From the NCBI GenBank assembly GCA_040758135.1, contig JBFLWA010000001.1, positions 134,713 to 198,712 of the forward strand: a DNA stretch of 64,000 nt. The letters run 5' to 3'. The stretch comes from Bacillota bacterium (GTDB lineage: Bacteria > Bacillota > Sulfobacillia > JBFLWA01). A program made the position numbers and the translations under genes. The notes below the pieces were generated by a model. That model saw nothing but the letters and a program-made list of their open reading frames with translations, searched no databases and was not told where the DNA came from. Positions 9,996 through 18,700 of this stretch are shown one piece after another (the stretch's first letter is position 1; the number at the start of each line of letters is the position of its first letter).

Positions 9996-11972
9996 ATGGA
10001 TAACCGCAAAGTAACTTTCGATGACATTGTTAAGTTCAAATTCGTCGGTGACCCCCAGCTCTCGCCCGATGGTGAGCGGGTGGTCTTCACCGTCACCACT
10101 CCCAGTGTTGAGAAGAACGGCTATGAGACCCGTCTCTGGGTATCTGACCTCGGCGGCCGTCAGCGTCAACTGACTTACAGCCCTAAGAGTGATGGCGGCC
10201 TGGTGCGGGACACCACGCCCCGCTGGGCACCCAATGGGAAGGAGCTGCTCTTCCTCTCGAACCGGGGCGGCCAGAACCAGATTTACCTGCTGGGCGAGTT
10301 CGGTGAGGCCCGCCTCCTGGCCGAGCTGGCCGAAGCGCCGGGCGAGCCGGTCTGGTCGCCGGACGGTCGGCACGTTGCCTTTACCATGAAAGATAAGAAG
10401 GAAGAGGAGAAAGACGCCAACCCCGATGTCCGGGTCATCCGCCGTCTGCGCTACAAGTTCAACGGCATTGGCTTCCTGGACGAACGCCGGCGCCACATTT
10501 ATATCATTGACACTGTCACCGGTGAGCTCAAGCAGCTCACCTCGGGAGATTGGGATGATTCATCTCCCGCCTGGTCGCCTGATGGTCGGTGGATCGCTTT
10601 CAGCTCCTACAGGGGTGAGGGTGAGGTCCTGGTGATTCCGGATATCTGGAAGGTGCCGGTGAGCGGCGGCGACCCGGTCAAGCTGACTGAGGGTAAAGGG
10701 CCTTCCGTCTCCCCCAGCTGGTCACCGGATGGCCAGTATCTACTCTACCTGGGCCATGACCAGTATGACAAGGGCTATCCCAACACCGGCCTGTGGATTA
10801 TCCCTGCCGATGGTGGCCAGGCCACCAACCTCACCGCCCAACTGGACCGCGGTGTCGGTTGTTCGGTGGGGTCAGATAGCCGGATGGATGGCGGCAACTC
10901 CCGACCCATCTGGTTGCCCGATGGGCGCAGCATCTACTTCACCATGACCGATGGCGGCGCCTGTAACCTCTACCGCGTCGACACTCGCTCCGGCAAGGTA
11001 AGCCGGATCAGCGAAGGGCTGCATTCCATCACCTCCTTCGATGCCCACTTCGGCCGCAAGGGTGCCCGATTCGCCTATACTGCCGGGGAGGTGCTGAACC
11101 CGGGCGATATCTGGTTGCTGGAGGAGGGTGATCGCATCGCCACCCGCCTGACCAGCGTCAATGCCGAGCTCCTGCGGGAGATGACCCTTACTCCGGCCGA
11201 GCGCATCGAGTTCCGCAGCACTGATGGGCTGAAGATCGAGGGTTGGGTCATGAAACCGGCTGACTTCGAAGCAGGCCGCAAATACCCGCTGGTCCTCCAG
11301 ATTCATGGCGGACCTCATGCCACCTATGGCTACGGATTCTTCCATGAGTTTCAGCTGCTAACTTCGGCCGGCTACGGCGTGCTCTATGTCAACCCCCGGG
11401 GCAGCCTGGGCTATGGTGAGGAGTTCACCCGCGGCGTGGTGGGTGACTGGGGCGGCATGGACTACGCAGACCTGATGGCGGCGACCGACTACGCGGCCAA
11501 GCTCCCGTGGGTTGACGCCGACCGTCTCGGCGTCACCGGCGGCAGCTATGGCGGGTACATGACCAACTGGATCGTCACCCAGACCCGGCGCTTCAGGGCG
11601 GCCGTTACCCTGCGCAGCATCTCCAACATGTATACCAAGTATGGAGTCAGCGATATCGGCTGGTTTGGCAACAAGGCCGGAATGGGGGGGCGCGACCTCT
11701 GGGACAGTGAGGAGTTCATTATGAGCCGTTCTCCGATCCGGTATGCGCCTCAGGTCAAGACGCCGGTCCTGATCATCCACAGTGAGGAAGACTACCGCTG
11801 CCCGATGGAACAGGCTGAGCAGTGGTTTGTAGCCCTGAAGCGACTGGGTGTCGAGTGCGAGTTCGTGCGGTTCAGGGGCGAGAACCACGAACTCTCCAGA
11901 TCAGGTAAGCCCAAGAACCGCATCAGTCGCCTGCAGCAGATCCTTGGCTGGTTCGACCGCTTTCTCCGCTAG
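9996..11972 (+). CDS. S9 family peptidase (acylaminoacyl-peptidase / prolyl oligopeptidase-like: beta-propeller plus alpha/beta hydrolase)
   Basis: 'GGSYGGYM' nucleophile elbow; C-terminal hydrolase domain with 'HSEEDYRCP...HELS'; GAGGAG RBS 6 nt before ATG 9996. Confidence 0.8.
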   Translation: MDNRKVTFDDIVKFKFVGDPQLSPDGERVVFTVTTPSVEKNGYETRLWVSDLGGRQRQLTYSPKSDGGLVRDTTPRWAPNGKELLFLSNRGGQNQIYLLGEFGEARLLAELAEAPGEPVWSPDGRHVAFTMKDKKEEEKDANPDVRVIRRLRYKFNGIGFLDERRRHIYIIDTVTGELKQLTSGDWDDSSPAWSPDGRWIAFSSYRGEGEVLVIPDIWKVPVSGGDPVKLTEGKGPSVSPSWSPDGQYLLYLGHDQYDKGYPNTGLWIIPADGGQATNLTAQLDRGVGCSVGSDSRMDGGNSRPIWLPDGRSIYFTMTDGGACNLYRVDTRSGKVSRISEGLHSITSFDAHFGRKGARFAYTAGEVLNPGDIWLLEEGDRIATRLTSVNAELLREMTLTPAERIEFRSTDGLKIEGWVMKPADFEAGRKYPLVLQIHGGPHATYGYGFFHEFQLLTSAGYGVLYVNPRGSLGYGEEFTRGVVGDWGGMDYADLMAATDYAAKLPWVDADRLGVTGGSYGGYMTNWIVTQTRRFRAAVTLRSISNMYTKYGVSDIGWFGNKAGMGGRDLWDSEEFIMSRSPIRYAPQVKTPVLIIHSEEDYRCPMEQAEQWFVALKRLGVECEFVRFRGENHELSRSGKPKNRISRLQQILGWFDRFLR

Positions 11973-11986
11973 CGTTCCAAAGATGC

Positions 11987-12024
11987 GGGGACCCTCCGGT
12001 GGCCCGGAGGGTCCTTGTCTATGG
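11987..12024 (+). terminator. rho-independent terminator
   Basis: GGGGACCCTCCGG-tggc-CCGGAGGGTCC then TTGTCTATGGTT. Confidence 0.5.
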
Positions 12025-12029
12025 TTCAT

Positions 12030-12584
12030 CTACGGTATCAAGCTCGCTAAATCGTCCGCTGGCCAGTATTTACGAAGGGTCAGCCAGGCCCGGCGGGAGT
12101 GGTGGGCCTGGCTGACCACCCGCACGCGGCGGACCCGCTGGCCGCTGATGACCTCGAGGTCCTGGATCAGCTGCAACGGCGCTACCATCATGGGCATTGA
12201 GCCAGTCAACCATCTCCACGCGGACGGCTCGCTGTTCCGCGAGAATCTCCTTGCCTCCGGGCTGACCGTGGCCGGGCACCACAATTTCGACATCCAGATC
12301 ATTGACCCAGTCCAGCGCGGCCAGCCAGCGCTGGAAGCCAGCGGTGAGGAAGAACGGAGGCCGCCCTCGGAAGACCAGGTCAGCTCGGGATGGCGGGCCT
12401 TATAGACCAGATAGCGAACATCGCTGGCAATACCGGCGAAGCGGTCACGCAGACTTTCACCATCCTGGGGCAGCAGCGAATCGATGACGACCAGCCCCTC
12501 GGCGGTCAGCACGCAGCCCCCGCTCACCGTGCCGCTCAGGTTGGTGAACCAGTAGCAGTGGGGGGGTCAGTTTATCCATGGTAG
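12030..12584 (-). pseudogene. metallo-beta-lactamase-fold hydrolase, frameshifted (G7 homopolymer at 5' end; at least two frame changes)
   Basis: The minus-strand reading 'GGCVLTAEGLVVIDSLLP...' continues in a second frame as 'LDWVNDLDVEIVVPGHGQPGG...' (MBL C-terminal PGHG), then returns to the first frame. The His-motif region 'YLVYKARHPELTW' is degenerate. The ATG is followed by a C7 run (G7 on plus strand, 12561-12567) that puts the ORF out of frame. Confidence 0.4.
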
Positions 12585-12749
12585 CCCTCCTTGCGTGTTA
12601 GCGGCAGAGGACCGCTACTTCTCTTCTGGGGGATGCTTTTTGCCCGCTGCCATTTTCTGGTAGAAGAGCCCTTTGGCCACCAAATTCTTGGAGAAGAGGC
12701 GGGTTTCCTTCAAGCTTCACCGGTTAGGACACGAAGTCGGCTGGGTTTG

Positions 12750-12778
12750 TTGACATATGCCCAGTTAGACCATATGAT
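12750..12778 (+). promoter_or_regulatory. sigma-A type promoter (TTGACA-17-TATGAT)
   Basis: Perfect -35 TTGACA at 12750-12755, 17-nt spacer, TATGAT at 12773-12778, then GGGAGGTGG RBS and TTG start at 12800. Confidence 0.5.
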
Positions 12779-12799
12779 TGATCTAAGAAATACTGGGAG

Positions 12800-13300
12800 G
12801 TGGTAAGGTTGCCTCGCCCGACCAAAGACCGTGCCGTCAGCTTCCTCCCCGAACATACCTACTTCAAGCCAGCCGGGGTGCCGCGTCGCGACCTCGATGA
12901 GGTCATCCTCAGCGTCGAGGAGCTAGAGGCCCTGCGACTTAAGGATATTCAGGGGCTGGAGCAAGCGGAAGCGGCAGAGCTGATGAAGGTGGCTCGCACC
13001 ACCTTTCGACGGGTGCTAATAGACGCTCGAGCCAAGGTCGCTGATGCGCTGGTCAATGGCAAGGCCATCAGGATTGAGGGCGGCAACTACCAGGTGGTGC
13101 ACCGGCAGTTCCGCTGCCGCCGCTGTGGTCACGGCTGGGAGACGCCTTACGGCACTGGCGAAACGGGCAGTGAGACCGATTGTCCCGAGTGTGGGTCGCC
13201 GGAAACCCAGCGGGCTGACCAGGGAGGTCGTGGTTTCGGCCGCCGATGGGGGCGTCAGCGCCAGACCAGCGCCCAAGAGGATGAGGAAGCAGAAAGGTAA
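12800..13300 (+). CDS. DUF134/UPF0251-family putative DNA-binding protein (sigma70-region-4-like HTH plus C-terminal CxxC...CxxC zinc ribbon)
   Basis: 166 aa; 'LSVEELEALRLKDIQGLEQAEAAELMKVARTTFRRVL' HTH; 'CRRCGHGWE...CPECGSPE' zinc ribbon; acidic/basic tail. Confidence 0.65.
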   Translation: MVRLPRPTKDRAVSFLPEHTYFKPAGVPRRDLDEVILSVEELEALRLKDIQGLEQAEAAELMKVARTTFRRVLIDARAKVADALVNGKAIRIEGGNYQVVHRQFRCRRCGHGWETPYGTGETGSETDCPECGSPETQRADQGGRGFGRRWGRQRQTSAQEDEEAER

Positions 13301-13306
13301 TCACAG

Positions 13307-13348
13307 AAGGCCGGCCGTCGGTCAAGACGGGCCGGCCTTCTCTTCTTC
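13307..13348. terminator. bidirectional hairpin
   Basis: GAAGGCCGGCCGTC-ggtcaa-GACGGGCCGGCCTTC, flanked by TCTTCTTC. Confidence 0.5.
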
Positions 13349-13539
13349 GGTCAGACGGGCGACAAGACGAGTATCCCAACTGCCTCGGGCCCTGAGAAAC
13401 TCTGAAGGCAGCTGCAGATAGGTGATGGTGCCGACGGCCAGAGCAGCCCCGGTCATCGAGCCCCAGCTGGAGACAGACGCTCTGACCGCGGCTGAGGATG
13501 TTGGCGTGGGTTTTCATGTACTCTGGGTGTTTGAGGCAC

Positions 13540-13790
13540 TTAGTCGAACTTGCGCCTCCCCTGATCGGTGATGGCGTAGGTCTTACTGCTCCCGGACTTA
13601 GCGTGAATCTCGATATCGCCAGCCTCGAGCACGCTCAGAGCGGGATAGAGTCCGCCGAAGCTAACCGTCCAGAAGCGAGCGTGTGGTGCCAGAAAACCGG
13701 ACATGACGCCCAGGCAGGGAAGAACCTTCGGGCGTCGAAAAATGCCGTAGACATCAGGTGTGAGGAGGCTGGACCATGTTTGATCTGGTC
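13540..13790 (-). pseudogene. PadR-family winged-helix regulator, N-terminally disrupted
   Basis: Minus-strand frame reads '*PDQTWSSLLTPDVYGIFRRPKVLPCLGVMSGFLAPHARFWTVSFGGLYPALSVLEAGDIEIHAKSGSSKTYAITDQGRRKFD*', which matches PadR 'LL..p.yGYei...W.vs.GtLYPAL.rLE...r.kyY.lTd.Gr'. The open frame begins right after a TGA with no start codon until the internal ATG at 13704, which would give only a 54-aa fragment. Confidence 0.4.
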
Positions 13791-15401
13791 ATCAAGAACG
13801 CGGTAATCGTGGACGGGACAGGCCGAGAGCGCTACCAGGGGAGTGTGGGGATAACCGGCGGCATCATCGCCCTGGTAGTCAAAGGCGATGAGGAACTGGT
13901 GGGACATCGGGTCATCGACGCCGCCGGACAGGTGGTCTGCCCCGGGTTCATCGATATCCACTCCCATTCGGATATCTCCATTCTGGCCAATCCCCGGGCC
14001 GAGAGTTCCCTGAGGCAGGGGATTACCACCGAGATCGCCGGCAACTGCGGCTGGAGCATGGCTCCGGTGCATAGGGCCTCCGCCGACAAGCTGGGTACCC
14101 GCTTGGTAGGTGGGTTGGGCGGCGAGGACGCTGGTGAGCATGTGGTCTGGAGATGGAATACCCTGGGCGAGTGGCTCGAGGTCGTGGAGCAGAAAGGGAT
14201 CGGGGTGAACCTCGGTACCTTTGTGGGGCAGAGCATGGTCCGGGCCTATGTTCTGGGCGATGAGGACCGGATCCCCTGCCAGAAAGAGATGGACAAGATG
14301 AAAGACCTGGTGGAACAGGCCATGATTGACGGAGCCTTCGGTCTCTCCACCGGCCGCTCGTATATGCCCGGCAAAATGGCCTCCACCACGGAAGTGGTCG
14401 AGCTCTGCAAGGTAGTGGCTCGCTACGACGGTCTCTACACTACCCACATCTTCAACCAGGATGATCAGGTGCTAGAGGCTACCGAAGAGGTGGTGGAGAT
14501 CGGCCGGCGCTCCGGCTGCCGGGTCCAGGTGGCCCACCAGAAGGTCTGTACCAAGCGCAATTGGGGGAAAGCTGCGGCCTGCCTGGAGATCATGGAGAAG
14601 GGACAGGCCCGGGCGGTGGATATCCTGTCTGATGTCTACCCGTTCCTCTACACCCAGATCAGCAGCCTCGGCAATATGCTCCCCAAGGAGCTCCGAGAGA
14701 AGCCCCTGGAAGAGGTTAAGGCCATCCTGACCTCGCCCGAGGGGCTGGCCGGGATCAGGGCCGAGTTCCACAAGCAGCGGGTCGTCTATGGCATCAGTGA
14801 GGCGGAGTGGGAGAAGCGCATGGGCGATACCGGCATTGTTTTCTGCCGCTACACCAAAGATTACGAGGGTCTCGACCTGATGGAGGCGGCAGCCCGCAAA
14901 GGCAAGCCTTTCTTCGAGGCCGTGATGGAACTGCTGGCGGAGAATGATCTGATGGTGAAGACCGCTGGGATCATGTGCGAGGAGGATCTGATCGGAATCC
15001 TCAAACACCCCTACTCCATGGTCTCCACCGATGCCTATGCCCTCGACCGGGAGCAGTCGGAGAAGGCGGCTATCCATCCCCGCCACTACGGCACCTACCC
15101 CATCATCCTCGAACGGTACGTGCGGGAGCTCAAAGTGCTCACCCTGGAACAGGCGATCCGCAAGATGACCCTGATGCCGGCCGAGCGGGTGGGGTTGATC
15201 GATCGCGGCCAGATCCGGGCGGGCGCTCGGGCCGATTTGGTGATCTTCGACCCGGAGACCATCGCCAACCGGTCGACTGTAGAAAAGCCCGCCGCCTTCC
15301 CGGCGGGAATCAGCTATGTGGTGGTTAACGGCCAGGTAACCGTGGAGGGCGATACTTACCACGACCTCCGGGCTGGCCAGGTCTTGCGCCACAGCTACTA
15401 G
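13776..15401 (+). CDS. N-acyl-D-amino-acid deacylase (D-aminoacylase), amidohydrolase superfamily
   Basis: 541 aa; 'VIKNAVIVDGTG' and 'GFIDIHSHSD' metal-binding HxH; D-aminoacylase family architecture. Confidence 0.8.
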   Translation: MFDLVIKNAVIVDGTGRERYQGSVGITGGIIALVVKGDEELVGHRVIDAAGQVVCPGFIDIHSHSDISILANPRAESSLRQGITTEIAGNCGWSMAPVHRASADKLGTRLVGGLGGEDAGEHVVWRWNTLGEWLEVVEQKGIGVNLGTFVGQSMVRAYVLGDEDRIPCQKEMDKMKDLVEQAMIDGAFGLSTGRSYMPGKMASTTEVVELCKVVARYDGLYTTHIFNQDDQVLEATEEVVEIGRRSGCRVQVAHQKVCTKRNWGKAAACLEIMEKGQARAVDILSDVYPFLYTQISSLGNMLPKELREKPLEEVKAILTSPEGLAGIRAEFHKQRVVYGISEAEWEKRMGDTGIVFCRYTKDYEGLDLMEAAARKGKPFFEAVMELLAENDLMVKTAGIMCEEDLIGILKHPYSMVSTDAYALDREQSEKAAIHPRHYGTYPIILERYVRELKVLTLEQAIRKMTLMPAERVGLIDRGQIRAGARADLVIFDPETIANRSTVEKPAAFPAGISYVVVNGQVTVEGDTYHDLRAGQVLRHSY

Positions 15402-15604
15402 ACCTGGTGGCGCGGCCGACGACGGCCACTGTCCCCCCGTATTAGGGTCAGCCGGGCCGGACCGGCCGCCAGGAGATCGGCGGGCGATTCGTACTCGGGT
15501 TCCATGGCCAGATTGGCACCACACTCCGGACAGGGCCAGGTCGAGTAGTTGGTGGCCGCTGAATAGGAAAGCTGTTGACAGTGGGGGCACTTCTTCCAGG
15601 GCAC
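15398..15604 (-). CDS. small zinc-ribbon protein
   Basis: 68 aa; 'CPHCQQ...CPECG'; GTG start with AGGAGG 7 nt upstream; convergent with the D-aminoacylase and overlaps its stop. Confidence 0.45.
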   Translation of the reverse strand: MPWKKCPHCQQLSYSAATNYSTWPCPECGANLAMEPEYESPADLLAAGPARLTLIRGDSGRRRPRHQV

Positions 15605-15747
15605 CGTGCTCCCTCCTTCTCCGTGGTAGTATATGCCAGAGCAGGGGGGAGCTATTCTGATTGACCGGCGGCAGGATACGACGGCGGCCGGGTCTAATCA
15701 GACAGGAACCGGGAGTGCCCCGGCTATTGGGGGGGGGGGGGACCGCT

Positions 15748-18700
15748 TTGTTTGTTCACTTGCATGTCCACACTGAATATAGCCTGCTGGATGGAGCTGC
15801 CCGCCTGGGAGCCCTGGCCGATCGCGCTGCCCAACTGGGGATGCCTGCCCTGGCCATCACCGATCACGGGGCCATGTACGGTGTGGTCGACTTCTACCGC
15901 GCCTGCCGGAAGGCGGGGATCAAGCCGATAATCGGCTGCGAGGTCTACGTGGCCTCAGGCAGCCGGCACGACCGTCGGCCACACCTGGACGACTCCCCCT
16001 ATCACCTGGTACTCTTGGCCCGGAACCGCACCGGCTACACCAACCTGATGCAGCTGGTCTCCCGGGGTTTCACCGAGGGTTTCTACTACCGACCCCGCAT
16101 CGACCGGGAGCTGCTGGAGGAGTATCACGAGGGGCTGATCGCTCTCTCGGGCTGCGTGGGCGGGGAGCTACCCCAGCTAATCCTGGCCGACCGTCTGGAC
16201 GAAGCCAGGGAGGCGGCTGCCTACTACCGGGACCTGTTCGGGCCCGACAGCTTTTATCTGGAATTGCAGTACCACCGCCAGGCGGAGGAAGTAAGGGTAA
16301 ATGATGCCCTCGCCGCCCTCGGCCGCGAGCTAGGGATCCCGCTGGTGGCCACCAATGACTCCCACTACCTGGACCGGGAGGATGCCGCGGCTCACGATGT
16401 CCTCCTCTGCATCCAGACCGCTAAGAACCTGGACGATCCCGACCGCCTGCGCTTTCCCAATGACGAGTTTTACCTTAAGCCACCGGCTGAGATGGAGGAG
16501 TTGTTCAGCGACTACCCGGGCGCTATTGAGAACACCCGGCGCATCGCCGACCTCTGCCAGCTGGAGTTAGAGTTCGGCCAGTACCATCTGCCCCACTTTG
16601 AGGTCCCGGAAGGGTATACCGGCCAGAGCTACCTGCGGTACCTCTGCGAGGAGGGGGCCCGGTGGCGCTACGGCCAGATCACCGACGAGGTCCGGGAGCG
16701 CCTCGAGATGGAGCTGGGTATCATCTGCGGGATGGGCTATGCCAGCTACTTCCTGATCGTCTGGGATTTCATCGTCTTCGCCCGCCGGAAGGGGATCCCG
16801 GTGGGGCCGGGCCGCGGGTCGGGGGCGGGGAGCATTGTCTCCTACTGCCTGGGGATCACCGGCATCGACCCGCTGGCCTACGGGCTCCTCTTTGATCGCT
16901 TTCTTAACCCTGAACGCATCGACATGCCCGATATCGATATTGACCTCTGCTTCCGCCGCCGGGATGAGGTCATCCAGTATGTGGTGGAGAAGTACGGCTC
17001 CGATCATGTGGCCCAGATTATCACCTTCGGCACTATGGCCGCCCGGGCCGCCATCCGCGATGTGGGTCGGGCTCTCGGGATGACCTACGCCGATGTTGAC
17101 CGCATCGCCAAGCTTGTCCCCTTCGAGTTGGGGGTCACCTTAGAGCGCGCCCTGGAGATCAGCCCGCCTTTGAGGGAGCTCTACGATAGCGATCACGAGG
17201 TTCACAGGCTGATTGACCTGGCCCGCCGGGTTGAGGGGATGCCCCGCCACGCCTCGGTACATGCGGCTGGGGTAGTAATCTCGCCCGAGCCGGTGGCCCA
17301 CCATGTCCCGTTGGCCCGCACCTCCGATGGGGCGGTGGTGACCCAGTTCGCCATGGACACCATCAAAGACCTGGGCCTGCTCAAAATGGACTTCCTGGGG
17401 CTGCGCACCCTAACCGTCATCGCCGACGCCATTGAGCTCATTGAGGCCAACCGGGGGGAGCGGGTCGATATTGAACAGATCCCCCGGGATGACCCGGCCG
17501 TCTTCGAGATGCTGAGCTCCGGCGATGCCCTTGGCGTCTTTCAGTTGGAGTCCTCGGGTATGACCGATCTGCTCAAACGAATTAAGCCCGACCGCTTCAC
17601 CGATATTTCGGCGGTGGTCGCCCTCTTCCGGCCCGGCCCGCTCCAGAGCGGCCAGGCCGAGCAGTATGTGCGCCGCAAGAACGGCCAGGAGAAGGTGGAG
17701 TTCTGGCATCCCCTGCTGGAGCCGTACTTGCGCGACACCTATGGGGTTTTGGTCTACCAGGAACAGGTGATGCAGGTGGGGCGCGCCCTGGCCGGCTTCT
17801 CCCTGGGACAGGCAGACCTGATGCGGCGGGCCATCTCCAAGAAGAAGCCGGAGATCATGGAGGCCCAGCGGGAGAGTTTCCTGGAGGGGGCCCGGCGCAC
17901 CAGCGGGCTGGAGCCGGCCGAGGCCAACCGCATCTTCGACCAGCTCTGCCACTACTCGGGCTACACCTTCAACATATCGCACACCGCACCCTACGCGCTC
18001 CTGGCCTACCAGACGGCCTACCTTAAGGCCCACTACCCGGTGGAGTATATGGCGGCCCTGCTCACCAGCATCATGGGGAGCAGCGACCGGGTGGCCGAGT
18101 ATACCGAAGGTTGCCGGCGCCAGGGGATCGCCATCCTGCCGCCCGATATTAACCACAGCCTGGGTAAGTTTACCGTGGAGGGTAATGCCATCCGCTTCGG
18201 CCTCGGCGCCGTCAAGAATGTAGGGCTGGGGGCGGTGGAGGCCATTATTAGCGAGCGGCAGAAGAACGGCCCCTTCCGGTCGCTGCGCGACTTCTGCACC
18301 AGGGTGGACCTGCGGCACCTCAACCGGCGCGCCCTGGAGGGACTGATCCGCTGCGGCGCCTTTGCCTCACTGGGCGCCCGCCGCTCCCAGCTGGTGGCCA
18401 TCCTCGATCAGACCCTGGATCTGGTGGCCCAGCAGCAGAGGTTGAGGGAGCAGGGGCAGATCTCCCTGTTCGACCTGGCGGTTGATGGCCTGAATAACGA
18501 TGTGGATGACCGCCTGCCCAACCTGGCCGAGTATCCCCCCGACCAGCTGCTGGCCATGGAGAAGGAGACCCTGGGGATCTACCTCTCGGGCCACCCCCTG
18601 GCCCAACACGAGGAGGAGCTGCGGCGCCGCACCAATTGTACCACCACCCGCCTGCCCGAGATGCGGGACGGCGCCGATGTGGTGTTAGGCGGGCTGATTA

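Noticed and set aside
13068-13517. 149-aa minus-strand ORF
   Set aside because: It runs through the 13307-13348 terminator hairpin and the 3' end of the DUF134 gene. It has arbitrary composition. The PadR-like frame nearby explains the coding signal.
15731-15741. G11 as a G-quadruplex element
   Set aside because: A single G-run cannot form an intramolecular quadruplex, and no additional G-runs are suitably spaced.
15661-15747. ATG 15661 as the dnaE start (29-aa N-terminal extension including GGGG from the G11 run)
   Set aside because: Canonical DnaE N-terminus MFVHLHVH aligns with TTG 15748. The extension is low complexity and would place the G11 tract in coding sequence.
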